From Alphaproteobacteria bacterium (GTDB lineage: Bacteria; Pseudomonadota; Alphaproteobacteria; Rhizobiales; JAKIUO01): 64,000 nt of DNA. The translations under genes were made by a program, and so were the position numbers. Of the stretch, positions 1 through 10,091 are shown in pieces. The first letter of the stretch is position 1. Every line of letters starts with the position of its first letter. The stretch spans positions 5,414 through 69,413 of the forward strand of contig JAJRQA010000035.1 of assembly GCA_024280475.1 (NCBI GenBank), in the 5' to 3' direction. Below the pieces are notes generated by a model. That model was not told where the DNA came from and did not search any database. It was given only the letters and a program-made list of their open reading frames with translations.

Positions 1-747
<747 letters not shown>

Positions 748-759
748 TCACTGACATAG

Positions 760-776
760 TTTAGAATAATTCTAAT
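760..776. promoter_or_regulatory. Irr box / iron control element (ICE) upstream of katG
   Basis: TTTAGAA-TAA-TTCTAAT matches the ICE consensus TTTAGAA-N3-TTCTAAA at all but the last base; 40 nt upstream of the katG ATG. Confidence 0.7.
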
Positions 777-816
777 TATATAGCAAGAGCTGGTTTGGCT
801 TCTTTTGGCCCCTAAA

Positions 817-2853
817 TTAACGCATGCTCGCCGCTACCACATCAACCCTTGTATCATTGTAACAAGGACCCTCAGCGATATCAGCTTTGCTGGTGTCAAT
901 GAGCGCCGCCACCGTTTGCCCTGAACGAGAGGTTTTGATCCAGGCACCTTTGGGAGAATAGAGCGTACCGCGGGGTACCTCGTCTGTAATCGATAGCTTG
1001 AGGATCACCTCGCCCAGATCATTCCAGACTTTCACTTCTGTATCATCCAGCAATGATCGCTGCGCGGCATCATATGGGTGCATCGACAATATTTGCAGGC
1101 CCTCACTCATGAAAAGCCCACCAAAGGTCGCGTTGATCCTTTTGTCAGAAGAGGGGCTGATCAAGAACAAGGGATAATCGGCGATCAATGGCCGAAAAGC
1201 TGGCAACCCTTCGCCAAACCGCTCTTCAAGATCATCCGACCAGATTTCAACTTTGCCGCTTGGCGTTTGCGGGAACACATTTGCAAAAGGCATGGTATCT
1301 TCACCATCTGCGTCCATATAGATGGCTTGATCGAGGGGTAATTGGCTCGGCCGCACCCCCTTTAAACGCGGATCGTCATTGTCCAGCGCCTCATCCATTA
1401 ATTGCGCATCATCCGCCTTGAACATTGGATCATCATAGCCAAACCTTGCTGCCAGCCGTCTAAAAATTTCCGTATTGGGCAGGCTTTGCCCGACAGGTGG
1501 GATCACCGGATCGGCGCGTTGCAAATATTGATGCCCATAGGCTCCATATATATCTGCAAATTCAAACGAGCTACAAGCGGGCAGAATGATATCGGCGTAA
1601 GTCATGCTGTCATTCATTTCCACATCACAACCAACGATAAACACGTCTTCACGCGACAAGGCCTGTTTCATGCGGTTTTGATCTGGATGGGTAGCAATTG
1701 GATTGTGATTATAGATAAACAGGGCTTTTAACGGCGGATCTATTTTCTCTTCGAGCAAATGCTTTGGCACATCCAGAATGTTGAGCATTCTCGCGTCTTT
1801 GTCGATCAGATCAGTTCGCTGCAAACGGGCCGTGGTATCGCGAAAAGCATTGCCGGGCTTGATGATCAAGCCACCGCCCAAAACATTAAACTTGCCGGCA
1901 AGGGCTGGTAATATACAAGCCGCCCTTGTCGAAGCACCACCATTGCGCGAGCGCTCCAACCCATTGGATACCGACATGATGGCCGGTGAAATCTCAACAT
2001 ACATCTGCGCAAAGCGGCGAATATCATCCGCTTCAAGGCCGCAAATTTCAGCCGCCTGTTCAATGGAAACGGCCCGCGCCTGCTCCATATAGCGATCAAA
2101 TCCCGTCACCCAGCGTTGGATAAATTCTTGATCAATTCCACCCAGCCGTTCAATCTGCGCGGCCACCGCCATCGCCAGAACAACATCGGTCCCCGGCGTG
2201 ATGGCCAGATGCAAATCGGCTTGCTCAGCTATTTTAATGCGCTTTGGATCAATGACGATCAGCTTGGCCCCCGCCTTTTTTGCCTGCTTGATCAGCGGCG
2301 CAAAATGCAAATTGGAGACGGTGACATTGTTGCCCCAGATGACAATCAATTTTGCATGGCGTGTATGCGTGACCGGCGTTCCGGGCATCGCCCCATAAAG
2401 AGAGGAATAGGCCAGAGCCCGCACGGCCCCGCAAAGAGGTTTGCGATCGAGCCTTGTTGCGCCCATTTTATTGAAAAACCGCGCGCTCATGGCATCGCTG
2501 GAAATCTTGCCGTGAGGCCCGCCATAGGTGAATGGCAAAATGGCTTGGGGACCATATTGGGCGATGACGGCCGTGAATTTCTCAACGATAGCGTCCAGTG
2601 CTTCGTCCCAGGATATGGGTTCAAACTTACCTTCTCCTCTGGCACCAACCCGCTTTAACGGCACCGTCAGGCGGTTTTCGCCATGCACATAATCAACATA
2701 ACCGCGCGCCACCTTATTGCAGATCACCCCATCCGTCAGCGGGTTCACATGAGATCCGCGCACTTTGACGATCTGGTCATTTTCAACGGTGACCGTCAGG
2801 CTGCAGGTATCGGGGCAATCGAGGGGGCAAACGCTCGGCAATTCCATGCTCAT
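817..2853 (-). CDS. Cytoplasmic molybdopterin oxidoreductase (DMSO-reductase superfamily), substrate unknown
   Basis: N-terminal CPLDCPDTC...C [4Fe-4S] motif, PLKRVGARGEGKFEPISWDEA, IVIDP, YADIILPA, C-terminal molybdopterin-binding domain; no Tat signal. Confidence 0.9.
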   Translation of the reverse strand: MSMELPSVCPLDCPDTCSLTVTVENDQIVKVRGSHVNPLTDGVICNKVARGYVDYVHGENRLTVPLKRVGARGEGKFEPISWDEALDAIVEKFTAVIAQYGPQAILPFTYGGPHGKISSDAMSARFFNKMGATRLDRKPLCGAVRALAYSSLYGAMPGTPVTHTRHAKLIVIWGNNVTVSNLHFAPLIKQAKKAGAKLIVIDPKRIKIAEQADLHLAITPGTDVVLAMAVAAQIERLGGIDQEFIQRWVTGFDRYMEQARAVSIEQAAEICGLEADDIRRFAQMYVEISPAIMSVSNGLERSRNGGASTRAACILPALAGKFNVLGGGLIIKPGNAFRDTTARLQRTDLIDKDARMLNILDVPKHLLEEKIDPPLKALFIYNHNPIATHPDQNRMKQALSREDVFIVGCDVEMNDSMTYADIILPACSSFEFADIYGAYGHQYLQRADPVIPPVGQSLPNTEIFRRLAARFGYDDPMFKADDAQLMDEALDNDDPRLKGVRPSQLPLDQAIYMDADGEDTMPFANVFPQTPSGKVEIWSDDLEERFGEGLPAFRPLIADYPLFLISPSSDKRINATFGGLFMSEGLQILSMHPYDAAQRSLLDDTEVKVWNDLGEVILKLSITDEVPRGTLYSPKGAWIKTSRSGQTVAALIDTSKADIAEGPCYNDTRVDVVAASMR

Positions 2854-2897
2854 GGCAAAGGTCCTTTATCAGTATCACTCTCCCCATGCTAATGATA

Positions 2898-2945
2898 ATT
2901 GGCTTTATATAAAGATCCATTTAAGCAATACTTATGGTACCAATT
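2898..2945. promoter_or_regulatory. Probable MocR-family operator between the divergent genes
   Basis: Minus strand reads ATTGGTAC...AATGGATC...AGCCAAT: two direct and one inverted TGG-core repeat, an arrangement typical of MocR/GabR sites. Confidence 0.45.
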
Positions 2946-2961
2946 ATTATGGAGCTTCCTC

Positions 2962-4464
2962 ATGACTGCCAGAATGGCGACGAGATCAACAAAATCACCA
3001 TTACAGTCGATTATAGCGGATCGCGCTGCGCAAAAACCATTGCAGGAACAAGTGTTCGACCAGGTCCGCGAAGCTATTTTATCTGGCCAGCTATCCCCTG
3101 GAACGAGATTACCCGCCACCCGCATCCTCGCATCCGACCTTAATGTATCACGCAATACCATCCTTGGAGCCTTCGAGCGGCTGCATGCAGAGGGGTATAT
3201 TGAAGGACGTGCAGGTTCAGGAACAAGGGTCAGCAATATTTTGCCAGAAGAGCTTTTGCAGACACGTAATCGCTTGCAAGTGCCAATAGAGAACACCGCT
3301 CCGGCTGGTAAGCTGTCCCGGCTGTCGCAGGTCTCAATCTCGAGCAATCAACAAAATCGCCATCGCCCAGGTCCAGAGCGTGCCTTTCGTCCCGGCCTTC
3401 CTGATCTGAGCCTGTTTCCCTTTCAATTATGGGGGCAGCTGGTTGCAAAATCCTGGCGGAACCCGCCGACTGAGATGTTACTGGCTGGCGAAATGGCGGG
3501 ATATTTGCCGCTTCGTCAGTCCATATCAAACTATCTTGGCGCTGTACGTGGCTTACATTGCACGCCCGCGCAGGTGCTCATCACTTCGGGCGCGCAACAA
3601 GCGCTTGATTTGATTGCCCGCGTGATCATCGACCCGGGTGACAAGGTCTGGCTGGAAGATCCAGGCTATCAAGGCTTGCGCTCGACCTTGCAAGCAGCAG
3701 GGGCCAAAATAATTGATATCCCTGTTGATGAAGATGGCATATGCGTCGATCAGGGACGCAAAAAGGCGCCAGACGCAGTGCTTGCCGCCATTACACCATC
3801 CCACCAATATCCCCTTGGTGTCACTATGAGCCTGACGCGGCGTCTTGAGATATTGGATTGGGCAAAAACGGCTAATGCGTGGATATTGGAAGATGATTAT
3901 GACAGTGAATTTCGTTATGCAGGCAAACCACATCTGGCTCTGCAAGGGCTCGATCAATCGCAGCGCGTGATTTATGTCGGCACCTTTTCAAAGGTACTGT
4001 TCCCGGCCCTTCGCCTCGGCTATGTGGTTGTACCCACTCCCCTGCTCGCATCTTTCACGGCGGTGCGCACTTCGATTGACGATTACCCAGCACTCGCCCT
4101 GCAGCCTGCCTTGCATCGTTTTATCGCTGATGGACATTTCGCATCTCATATTCGCAAGCTGCGCAAACTATATGAAAAACGCCAGCAAACCATGATCAAT
4201 GCCCTGCAACTATATGCAGCAGGGCGGTTGATCGCCGCCCCGGCGCAAGCTGGCATGCATCTGGTTGTGCGCCTCGACCCTTCATGTGGTCTTAACGACG
4301 AACAAATCAGCAATCAAGCGGAAAAAGCCAAGCTGATCGTACCGGCTTTGTCCAGTTTTTATAATGGAAAACACAGCTCGCAAGGGCTGGTATTGGGATA
4401 TGCAGGTCTGAGCGAACAAGAAATAAATCTTGGCGTCAAGCGTCTTGCGCGACTGCTAGAATGA
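2962..4464 (+). CDS. MocR/GabR-family PLP-dependent transcriptional regulator
   Basis: GntR wHTH (LPATRILASDLNVSRNTI) plus aminotransferase-like domain (ITSGAQQAL, TPSHQYPLG, EDDYDSEF, GTFSKVLFPALRLG). Start chosen at ATG 2962. Confidence 0.93.
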   Translation: MTARMATRSTKSPLQSIIADRAAQKPLQEQVFDQVREAILSGQLSPGTRLPATRILASDLNVSRNTILGAFERLHAEGYIEGRAGSGTRVSNILPEELLQTRNRLQVPIENTAPAGKLSRLSQVSISSNQQNRHRPGPERAFRPGLPDLSLFPFQLWGQLVAKSWRNPPTEMLLAGEMAGYLPLRQSISNYLGAVRGLHCTPAQVLITSGAQQALDLIARVIIDPGDKVWLEDPGYQGLRSTLQAAGAKIIDIPVDEDGICVDQGRKKAPDAVLAAITPSHQYPLGVTMSLTRRLEILDWAKTANAWILEDDYDSEFRYAGKPHLALQGLDQSQRVIYVGTFSKVLFPALRLGYVVVPTPLLASFTAVRTSIDDYPALALQPALHRFIADGHFASHIRKLRKLYEKRQQTMINALQLYAAGRLIAAPAQAGMHLVVRLDPSCGLNDEQISNQAEKAKLIVPALSSFYNGKHSSQGLVLGYAGLSEQEINLGVKRLARLLE

Positions 4465-4566
4465 TATCAACTCTCTTCGCGCTGCGTCCCCCACCAGTCG
4501 CATAGCTGGCGGCAATCGCACACCATGAGCAAGCGCTCACGCCAAACCAACGCCGATCTCTCGCAC

Positions 4567-5106
4567 CTATTTAGGTACGAGGATCATGATCATCTGGCGG
4601 CCTTCGAATTTTGGAGCGAGCTCGACTTTTGAGACCTTTTCGGCGTCTTTAACAACCCGATCCAGCAAGTCACGTCCAAGCTCTTTATGAGCCATTTCGC
4701 GGCCACGGAAACGGATGGTGAATTTCACCTTGTCGCCCTGATCGAAGAAACGCTGCATGGCCTTCATCTTGGTGTCATAATCATGCACATCGATATTCGG
4801 GCGCATTTTGATCTCTTTGACTTCGATGATTTTTTGCTTTCTGCGCGCCTCGGCCGCTTTTTTCTGGGCCTGATATTTGAATTTCCCAAAATCCAGCAAT
4901 TTGCAGATAGGTGGTTTCGCGGTCGGAGATATCTCTACGAGGTCAAGACCAGCGTTGCGCGCTTGTTCAAGCGCGTCTTGAAGATCAACGGTTCCCTGAT
5001 TTTCTCCGGTCTCATCGATGAGTTGCACTTCGGGGGCACTAATGGAAAGATTGGCTTTGGGCCCCGTATTACGTTCTGAAGTGGCTTTGTGTGGTCGTCT
5101 GGCGAT
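4567..5106 (-). CDS. infC: Translation initiation factor IF-3, non-canonical ATC start
   Basis: [33 protein letters not shown] motifs. Frame is open upstream of the ORF-track start to AGGAGA-N8-ATC GCC AGA CGA CCA (xARRP). Confidence 0.93.
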   Translation of the reverse strand: MARRPHKATSERNTGPKANLSISAPEVQLIDETGENQGTVDLQDALEQARNAGLDLVEISPTAKPPICKLLDFGKFKYQAQKKAAEARRKQKIIEVKEIKMRPNIDVHDYDTKMKAMQRFFDQGDKVKFTIRFRGREMAHKELGRDLLDRVVKDAEKVSKVELAPKFEGRQMIMILVPK

Positions 5107-5431
5107 TGTTATCGTCTCCTATATTGATCTCTATTTAAATTCACTTACCCAGTAACCTGTCAATTGCAGTATCGTTATGACGAGATTGCAAGCTGCTTGT
5201 TTGATTCTATTCAATAGTCAAAAGAGCAAACCGTTGGGCTACTATAAATATACACATTTTCAAAAGTTATCAAAACACAATCGAAAAAATGCATAACTAT
5301 TTGAAGCATCATTCTATATATGTCGCTTTACGCTGTTTTGCACCTAAAATATCAACCTACCAGCTAGCCATCGTCTTGATCGCCCACTCAAAGCGCACAA
5401 GACTGAAATGGCGGACAAATTCTGGAGAAAA

Positions 5432-6640
5432 TCAGTCCTCACGTTCATAGCGCATGGCAAAATCTGTTCCGAGCAATTCATCATAGACGGCCAGTGTTTG
5501 CGCTTTCATCAACTGATCGGAAAACGACTTGCGCACATTGTCGATGGCATGGCTTGACAATTGCCGATAATTGTCTGGTTGCAAATTCAATACCTCGCCA
5601 AGAGCGTCTGCAAAAGCAACTGGGTCAGCTGGTGGGACGAGCCAACCGGTCATCTCCCCTTCTTCCACATGGGGTTGAGCACGCACTGTTTCTGGTGGTG
5701 CTCCAATATTGGTGGCGATCACAGGACATCCCATTGCCTGCGCTTCAGCACTTGTTCGACCAAAGGTCTCTGGCTCGGTTGATGCTATAATCGTCACATG
5801 GGCAAGGGTGTAAGCGGCGGCCATATCAGAGCAATGGCCGACAAATTTGATGTGCTGGCCAAGACCAAGAGCGCCGATTTGCTCGCTTAACTCACCGACA
5901 TACGCCCGCCGACCGGAAAAATCACCAGCAAAAATCACCATGAGTTCGCGCTCACCAGCGCGCCCAAACAGCTCTTTCACTCCATCGATAATGGTGCGGT
6001 GCCCCTTCAACCTTGTTAAACGAGCTGGATGCAGGATGATCTTGCGCCCCTTTGGCACGTCCCAATTAGCGCGAAGCTCCTCCAGTCTCTCGTTTGAAAC
6101 GGCAGATTTTGAAAAGCGTTCAAGTTCAACGCCTCGATAGATCACACGCAAGACATCATCTTTTAGTTGATAGCGGGCTCGCACCAGATCAGCTGTGAAT
6201 TTTGAATTGGCAATCACCCGATCGCCACGTGCCATGACGGAATTATATAGCCGTTTGAGCGGCGCTGCCTCCCCATAGGCCCCGTGATAGGTCGTCACAA
6301 ACGGAATGTTCATTTTCGAAGATGCCAGCATCGAACTCCAGGCGGGGGCACGCGATCTGGCGTGCAACAAGACGATATTGCGCTCAGCAATTAACTGTTC
6401 TAACTTTCGTTTGTTTTGCAGCATTTGTAGGGGATTTTTAGTCGCCACTGGCATGGAAATGATCTCGCCGCCGCGGCGTTCAATATCACGGGCCATGCGG
6501 CCGCCCTGGGTTGCCACCAATGCGCGCACACCAATTGATTGCAGCGCATCAACAATTTCCACTGTCGACAGTTCCGCCCCCCCCACGCCAAGATGGGGAA
6601 TAACTTGCAGAATAGCTGGTTTATCCTTCAATCTCGCCAA
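5432..6640 (-). CDS. Glycosyltransferase family 4
   Basis: ILQVIPHLGVGGAE, HARSRAPAW, PARLTRLKGH, ETFGRTSAEAQAMG (GT-B EX7E motif). Confidence 0.92.
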   Translation of the reverse strand: MARLKDKPAILQVIPHLGVGGAELSTVEIVDALQSIGVRALVATQGGRMARDIERRGGEIISMPVATKNPLQMLQNKRKLEQLIAERNIVLLHARSRAPAWSSMLASSKMNIPFVTTYHGAYGEAAPLKRLYNSVMARGDRVIANSKFTADLVRARYQLKDDVLRVIYRGVELERFSKSAVSNERLEELRANWDVPKGRKIILHPARLTRLKGHRTIIDGVKELFGRAGERELMVIFAGDFSGRRAYVGELSEQIGALGLGQHIKFVGHCSDMAAAYTLAHVTIIASTEPETFGRTSAEAQAMGCPVIATNIGAPPETVRAQPHVEEGEMTGWLVPPADPVAFADALGEVLNLQPDNYRQLSSHAIDNVRKSFSDQLMKAQTLAVYDELLGTDFAMRYERED

Positions 6641-6899
6641 ACCTTCATAAATAAAAAACGTCCTATTCGATCTGTGTTTGAAGCAAGACTTACCGAGAAT
6701 TTAGGGATTTAACCAGAGTAATTATAGCCAAAAACTTGATACAAGGGCGAAATATTTTCACTTTTTTCACCTTCATCACACCTTCTCACGAAGCTATTTA
6801 GTGACATTTTTACAAAGACTTAGAGTATTATTTCAGTCAATCCCCAAAATGATTATTAAACATCTCGCGCTTATTTCATTAATAAAGCGTTAATTGTTC

Positions 6900-6928
6900 T
6901 TGACTTGTTGCCCGCAAAGCACCATCTT
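6900..6928 (+). promoter_or_regulatory. Sigma70-like promoter of candidate sRNA
   Basis: TTGACT-N17-CATCTT directly upstream of a short terminated unit. Confidence 0.5.
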
Positions 6929-6933
6929 TATGA

Positions 6934-7019
6934 GGAACCAAGAGTTCCCCCAAGCGTCCCCCCACGCTGACGCTTAACAAACTATAGGCTCAAGTCTTTT
7001 GACTTGAGCCTCTTTTTTT
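6934..7019 (+). ncRNA. Candidate trans-acting sRNA with C-rich (anti-SD-like) segments
   Basis: Promoter, GTTCCCCC tract, hairpin AAGCGTC-CCCCCACGCT-GACGCTT, then a perfect Rho-independent terminator. No RBS-led ORF seen. Confidence 0.55.
6986..7019 (+). terminator. Rho-independent terminator
   Basis: AGGCTCAAGTC-TTTT-GACTTGAGCCT followed by CTTTTTTT. Confidence 0.85.
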
Positions 7020-7139
7020 GCCCCTTCGTCCAATTTATCTCGCCAAACAGCCCTTAAATCAGGCGTGTAGCGTTAACGCGATGGTTAATCTCTTTCCCTT
7101 ACACTCAATGAAAGCTAACGTCGCATGAAGCGGGGTCGT

Positions 7140-8000
7140 ATGAACAGAAAACTGATTGCTCAAATTGAAATTGCCTTGGGCACTGAAATCATCAATCATC
7201 GCAGCTTGCCTGTCGGCTTTGGCATCACTGGCATGCGCCTTGAATTTGCGGATGGACGCCAGGCCGCCCTCAAAGCATCTAATCAGACCCACGATTCTGG
7301 GCTGGGGCTTGAAGCCTTCATGTTGCGCGAGCTCAAAGCCAATTCCAACCTGCCGATCCCGGAAATTTATTATAGTGGCGATGGGCTGCTGATCATGGAA
7401 TGGATGCGATCCGGGGGATCCATCAACCCCAAAGTGCAGCGCCATGCCGCCGAATTGCTGGTCGATCTGCACGCACGCCCCTTTGAACAATTCGGCTATT
7501 CTCAAGATACGTTGATCGGCCCCCTGCACCAACCCAATCCACAAATGGACAGCTGGATCGATTTTTTTCGCGATCAACGCCTGCTTTATATGGCTGGAGA
7601 AGCGCTCAAGGAACAAGCCCTCCCCAAAAAACTGCATGAACGAATAGAGAACCTGGCCAGCGAGTTGAAAGTGTTTTTGGTTGAACCAAAACACCCTTCC
7701 TTGCTGCATGGCGACCTGTGGGGCGGAAATATCATCGCCAGCAATAATCAGGTTAGCGGCTTTATCGACCCGGCCATCTATGTCGGTCATCCCGAAATTG
7801 AACTGGCCTTTACCACCATGTTCTCGACATTTGGCAAGCCGTTTTTTGATGCTTATCAGGCGCTCGCGCCTCTTCAGCCCGGTTTTTTTGAAGAGCGGAT
7901 GGGGATCTACAATCTCTATCCAACGCTGGTGCATGTGCGCCTGTTTGGTGACAGCTATCTTCGCCAGATTGATGAGGCCCTGTCCAAAGTCGGGTTCTAA
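7140..8000 (+). CDS. Fructosamine kinase family protein
   Basis: PSLLHGDLWGGN, FIDPAIYVGHPEIELAF, YNLYPTLVHVRLFG. Confidence 0.92.
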   Translation: MNRKLIAQIEIALGTEIINHRSLPVGFGITGMRLEFADGRQAALKASNQTHDSGLGLEAFMLRELKANSNLPIPEIYYSGDGLLIMEWMRSGGSINPKVQRHAAELLVDLHARPFEQFGYSQDTLIGPLHQPNPQMDSWIDFFRDQRLLYMAGEALKEQALPKKLHERIENLASELKVFLVEPKHPSLLHGDLWGGNIIASNNQVSGFIDPAIYVGHPEIELAFTTMFSTFGKPFFDAYQALAPLQPGFFEERMGIYNLYPTLVHVRLFGDSYLRQIDEALSKVGF

Positions 8001-8164
8001 GTTCAAACAAAGTTTACCAACGCCTCGTTTCCACTAGTCCAAATAATCCCAAACAGACTTTTTCTACTGGCATGGTTCCTGCTCTCATTAATTGAAAGCA
8101 GGAACATTTCACCACAAGGCGCGCTTTTGTGCGCATTCACGCCGTTAACCTGGACAATCAACCA

Positions 8165-9865
8165 ATGAGTTCCCTGACGACTGCCCCCGACAAATTGCAA
8201 AACCATTATGATGTGGTGATCATTGGATCGGGCTATGGCGGCGGCGTCGCAGCCAGCCGCCTTGCCCGCATGGGATTGAGCGTATGTGTACTCGAAAAAG
8301 GACACCAATGGCATCCCGGTGATTTCAGTAATACGGTCAAGGGCTTGTGGGAGCGCTCACGCATGACGGGCAAAAAGGTCAATCTTGGAGCACCCAATGC
8401 ACTGTTTGATTTAAGACTTGGCAAGCAAATGCACGTGCTCTCGGCTTGCGGTCTTGGCGGGGGATCTTTGATCAATGCGGGCCTGGCTTTTCGCCCCGAA
8501 CCGTGGGTATTCGAACAACTAAGCTGGCCGACAAAGATTGCTGGGGATAAGAATTTATCCAACGGATTCAAAAGAGCTGAAGAAATGCTAGGCGTGGCAC
8601 ACTGCCCCGGCGGGGCCGATCTGCTGAAATTCAAGAGCCTGCAAACATGTGCACACGAAATCCAAAATGATCACCAGAATAAACGTTCGGTGAGCGCCGA
8701 CCTTATTCCCTCAACCATCAATTACCAACCCGGGTTTAACAAAGCCAACGTCATGCAAAACGCTTGTACGCAGTGCGGAGATTGTTGGATGGGCTGTAAT
8801 GTGGGGGCAAAAATCACTGTGGCCAATAGCTATTTGACCGATGCAACGCATTTTGGTGCCTCGCTTTTTACCAATATGGACGTCAAATTCGTGCGCAAGA
8901 TAGATGATCACTGGAGGATCTTTTATGACCAACTTGAACAGCTTAGCGGCAAACAACTCACCAAGGGATCGATCAAGGCAGACATGATCATCCTGTCCGC
9001 CGGGGTTATTGGCACAACAGAAATCCTCATGCGCTCAAAGCGGCAAGGGCTGGCACTCTCCAAGCAGCTTGGCAAGGGATTTTCAGCAAATGGTGATGAT
9101 CTGGCATTTGGTCACGATATGCCAGATATGGTCAACGGCATCGCTGTTGGCCATCCTCCGCGCTCTAAACCGGCGCAGCCTGTTGGACCAAATTGCATTG
9201 GCATGATTTCTCTGCAAGAAAATGACAATCCGCAAAGTCAGATCAAAGTACAGGCTGGCACCATGATCACTTTGATGGCGGCCCTGGCGCCAGTAAAGAG
9301 TTTACTGCGCGGCAAACCGTTGCGGGCTCTTAAAATTTTGCTGAAGGGAGCTTATGAAGGCGTGCTCACTTCGAGCCAGTGTTTTTATATTGTCGGTCAC
9401 GATGATGCGTCGGGGAAACTCACCATGAACGGCGATCGCGCTCTTCTGGAATGGCCCGATGTCGCCGATCAGCCGGTTTTTGGTCGCGCCGAAAAACTGT
9501 TGTCACGTTTATTCAAGAAATTAGGCGCCGATTACATGCAAAACCCCGTCAGGGACACCATTCTTGGCGGCAAGCTGATCACAGTACACCCGCTTGGTGG
9601 ATGCTGCATGGCAGACAGTGCTGAAAACGGCGTTGTCGATGATCAATGCCGGGTCTTTGATCCATCCGACAAAGGAAAAAACGCGGTCCATAGCGGGTTC
9701 TATGTTGTGGATGGCTCTGTCATCCCCTCCTCTCTTGGGGCCAATCCGCTCTTGACCATCACAGCATTAGCCGAACGAGCCATGATTTTACTGGCAAAAG
9801 ATCGTGGACTGAAATTTGATGATAAACCCCACAAAGACGCCCCCGCTCGCGATGCCTTTATGTAG
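8165..9865 (+). CDS. GMC-family flavoprotein oxidoreductase (cholesterol oxidase-like)
   Basis: DVVIIGSGYGG FAD motif, GLGGGSLINAG, CTQCGDCWMGC, TVHPLGGC, VVDGSVIPSSLGANPLLTITALAER. Confidence 0.88.
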   Translation: MSSLTTAPDKLQNHYDVVIIGSGYGGGVAASRLARMGLSVCVLEKGHQWHPGDFSNTVKGLWERSRMTGKKVNLGAPNALFDLRLGKQMHVLSACGLGGGSLINAGLAFRPEPWVFEQLSWPTKIAGDKNLSNGFKRAEEMLGVAHCPGGADLLKFKSLQTCAHEIQNDHQNKRSVSADLIPSTINYQPGFNKANVMQNACTQCGDCWMGCNVGAKITVANSYLTDATHFGASLFTNMDVKFVRKIDDHWRIFYDQLEQLSGKQLTKGSIKADMIILSAGVIGTTEILMRSKRQGLALSKQLGKGFSANGDDLAFGHDMPDMVNGIAVGHPPRSKPAQPVGPNCIGMISLQENDNPQSQIKVQAGTMITLMAALAPVKSLLRGKPLRALKILLKGAYEGVLTSSQCFYIVGHDDASGKLTMNGDRALLEWPDVADQPVFGRAEKLLSRLFKKLGADYMQNPVRDTILGGKLITVHPLGGCCMADSAENGVVDDQCRVFDPSDKGKNAVHSGFYVVDGSVIPSSLGANPLLTITALAERAMILLAKDRGLKFDDKPHKDAPARDAFM

Positions 9866-9903
9866 GAGAAGGGCACTTTAGCTAGAACGTTTAGGGCCTG
9901 GCC

Positions 9904-9990
9904 GTAGGGTGCAATATATTGCACCGTCACCACCCCTCACTCGACATCAAACAAAGTAGCGCCTAATCGGTGCAATATATTGCATCCGAA
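9904..9990. repeat. GTAG-family REP doublet (REPIN)
   Basis: GTAGGGTGCAATATATTGCACCG at 9904 and inverted degenerate copy CGGTGCAATATATTGCATCC at 9968, between convergent genes. Confidence 0.7.
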
Positions 9991-10011
9991 AAATTTATGA
10001 CACCCGCAAAC

Positions 10012-10044
10012 AAAAAAGCCGATCCTAAAAGGATCGGCTTTCTT
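10012..10044. terminator. Rho-independent terminator (fadL-like gene; probably bidirectional)
   Basis: AAAAAAGCCGATCC-TAAAA-GGATCGGCTTTCTT. Confidence 0.8.
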
Positions 10045-10091
10045 AAAGTTTGCTCTAGAGAAGCAGCCCCCCGGCGCTCCTCCGAACATCT

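Noticed and set aside
7073-7088. Full CtrA box upstream of the fructosamine kinase gene
   Set aside because: TTAA-N8-TTAA spacing does not fit the N7 consensus; only a half-site, so not called.
7059-8006. 315-aa minus-strand ORF, and similar long shadow ORFs at 27637-28383, 28559-29986, 52571-53536 and 58705-59445
   Set aside because: Antisense to well-supported genes and carrying no recognisable motifs.
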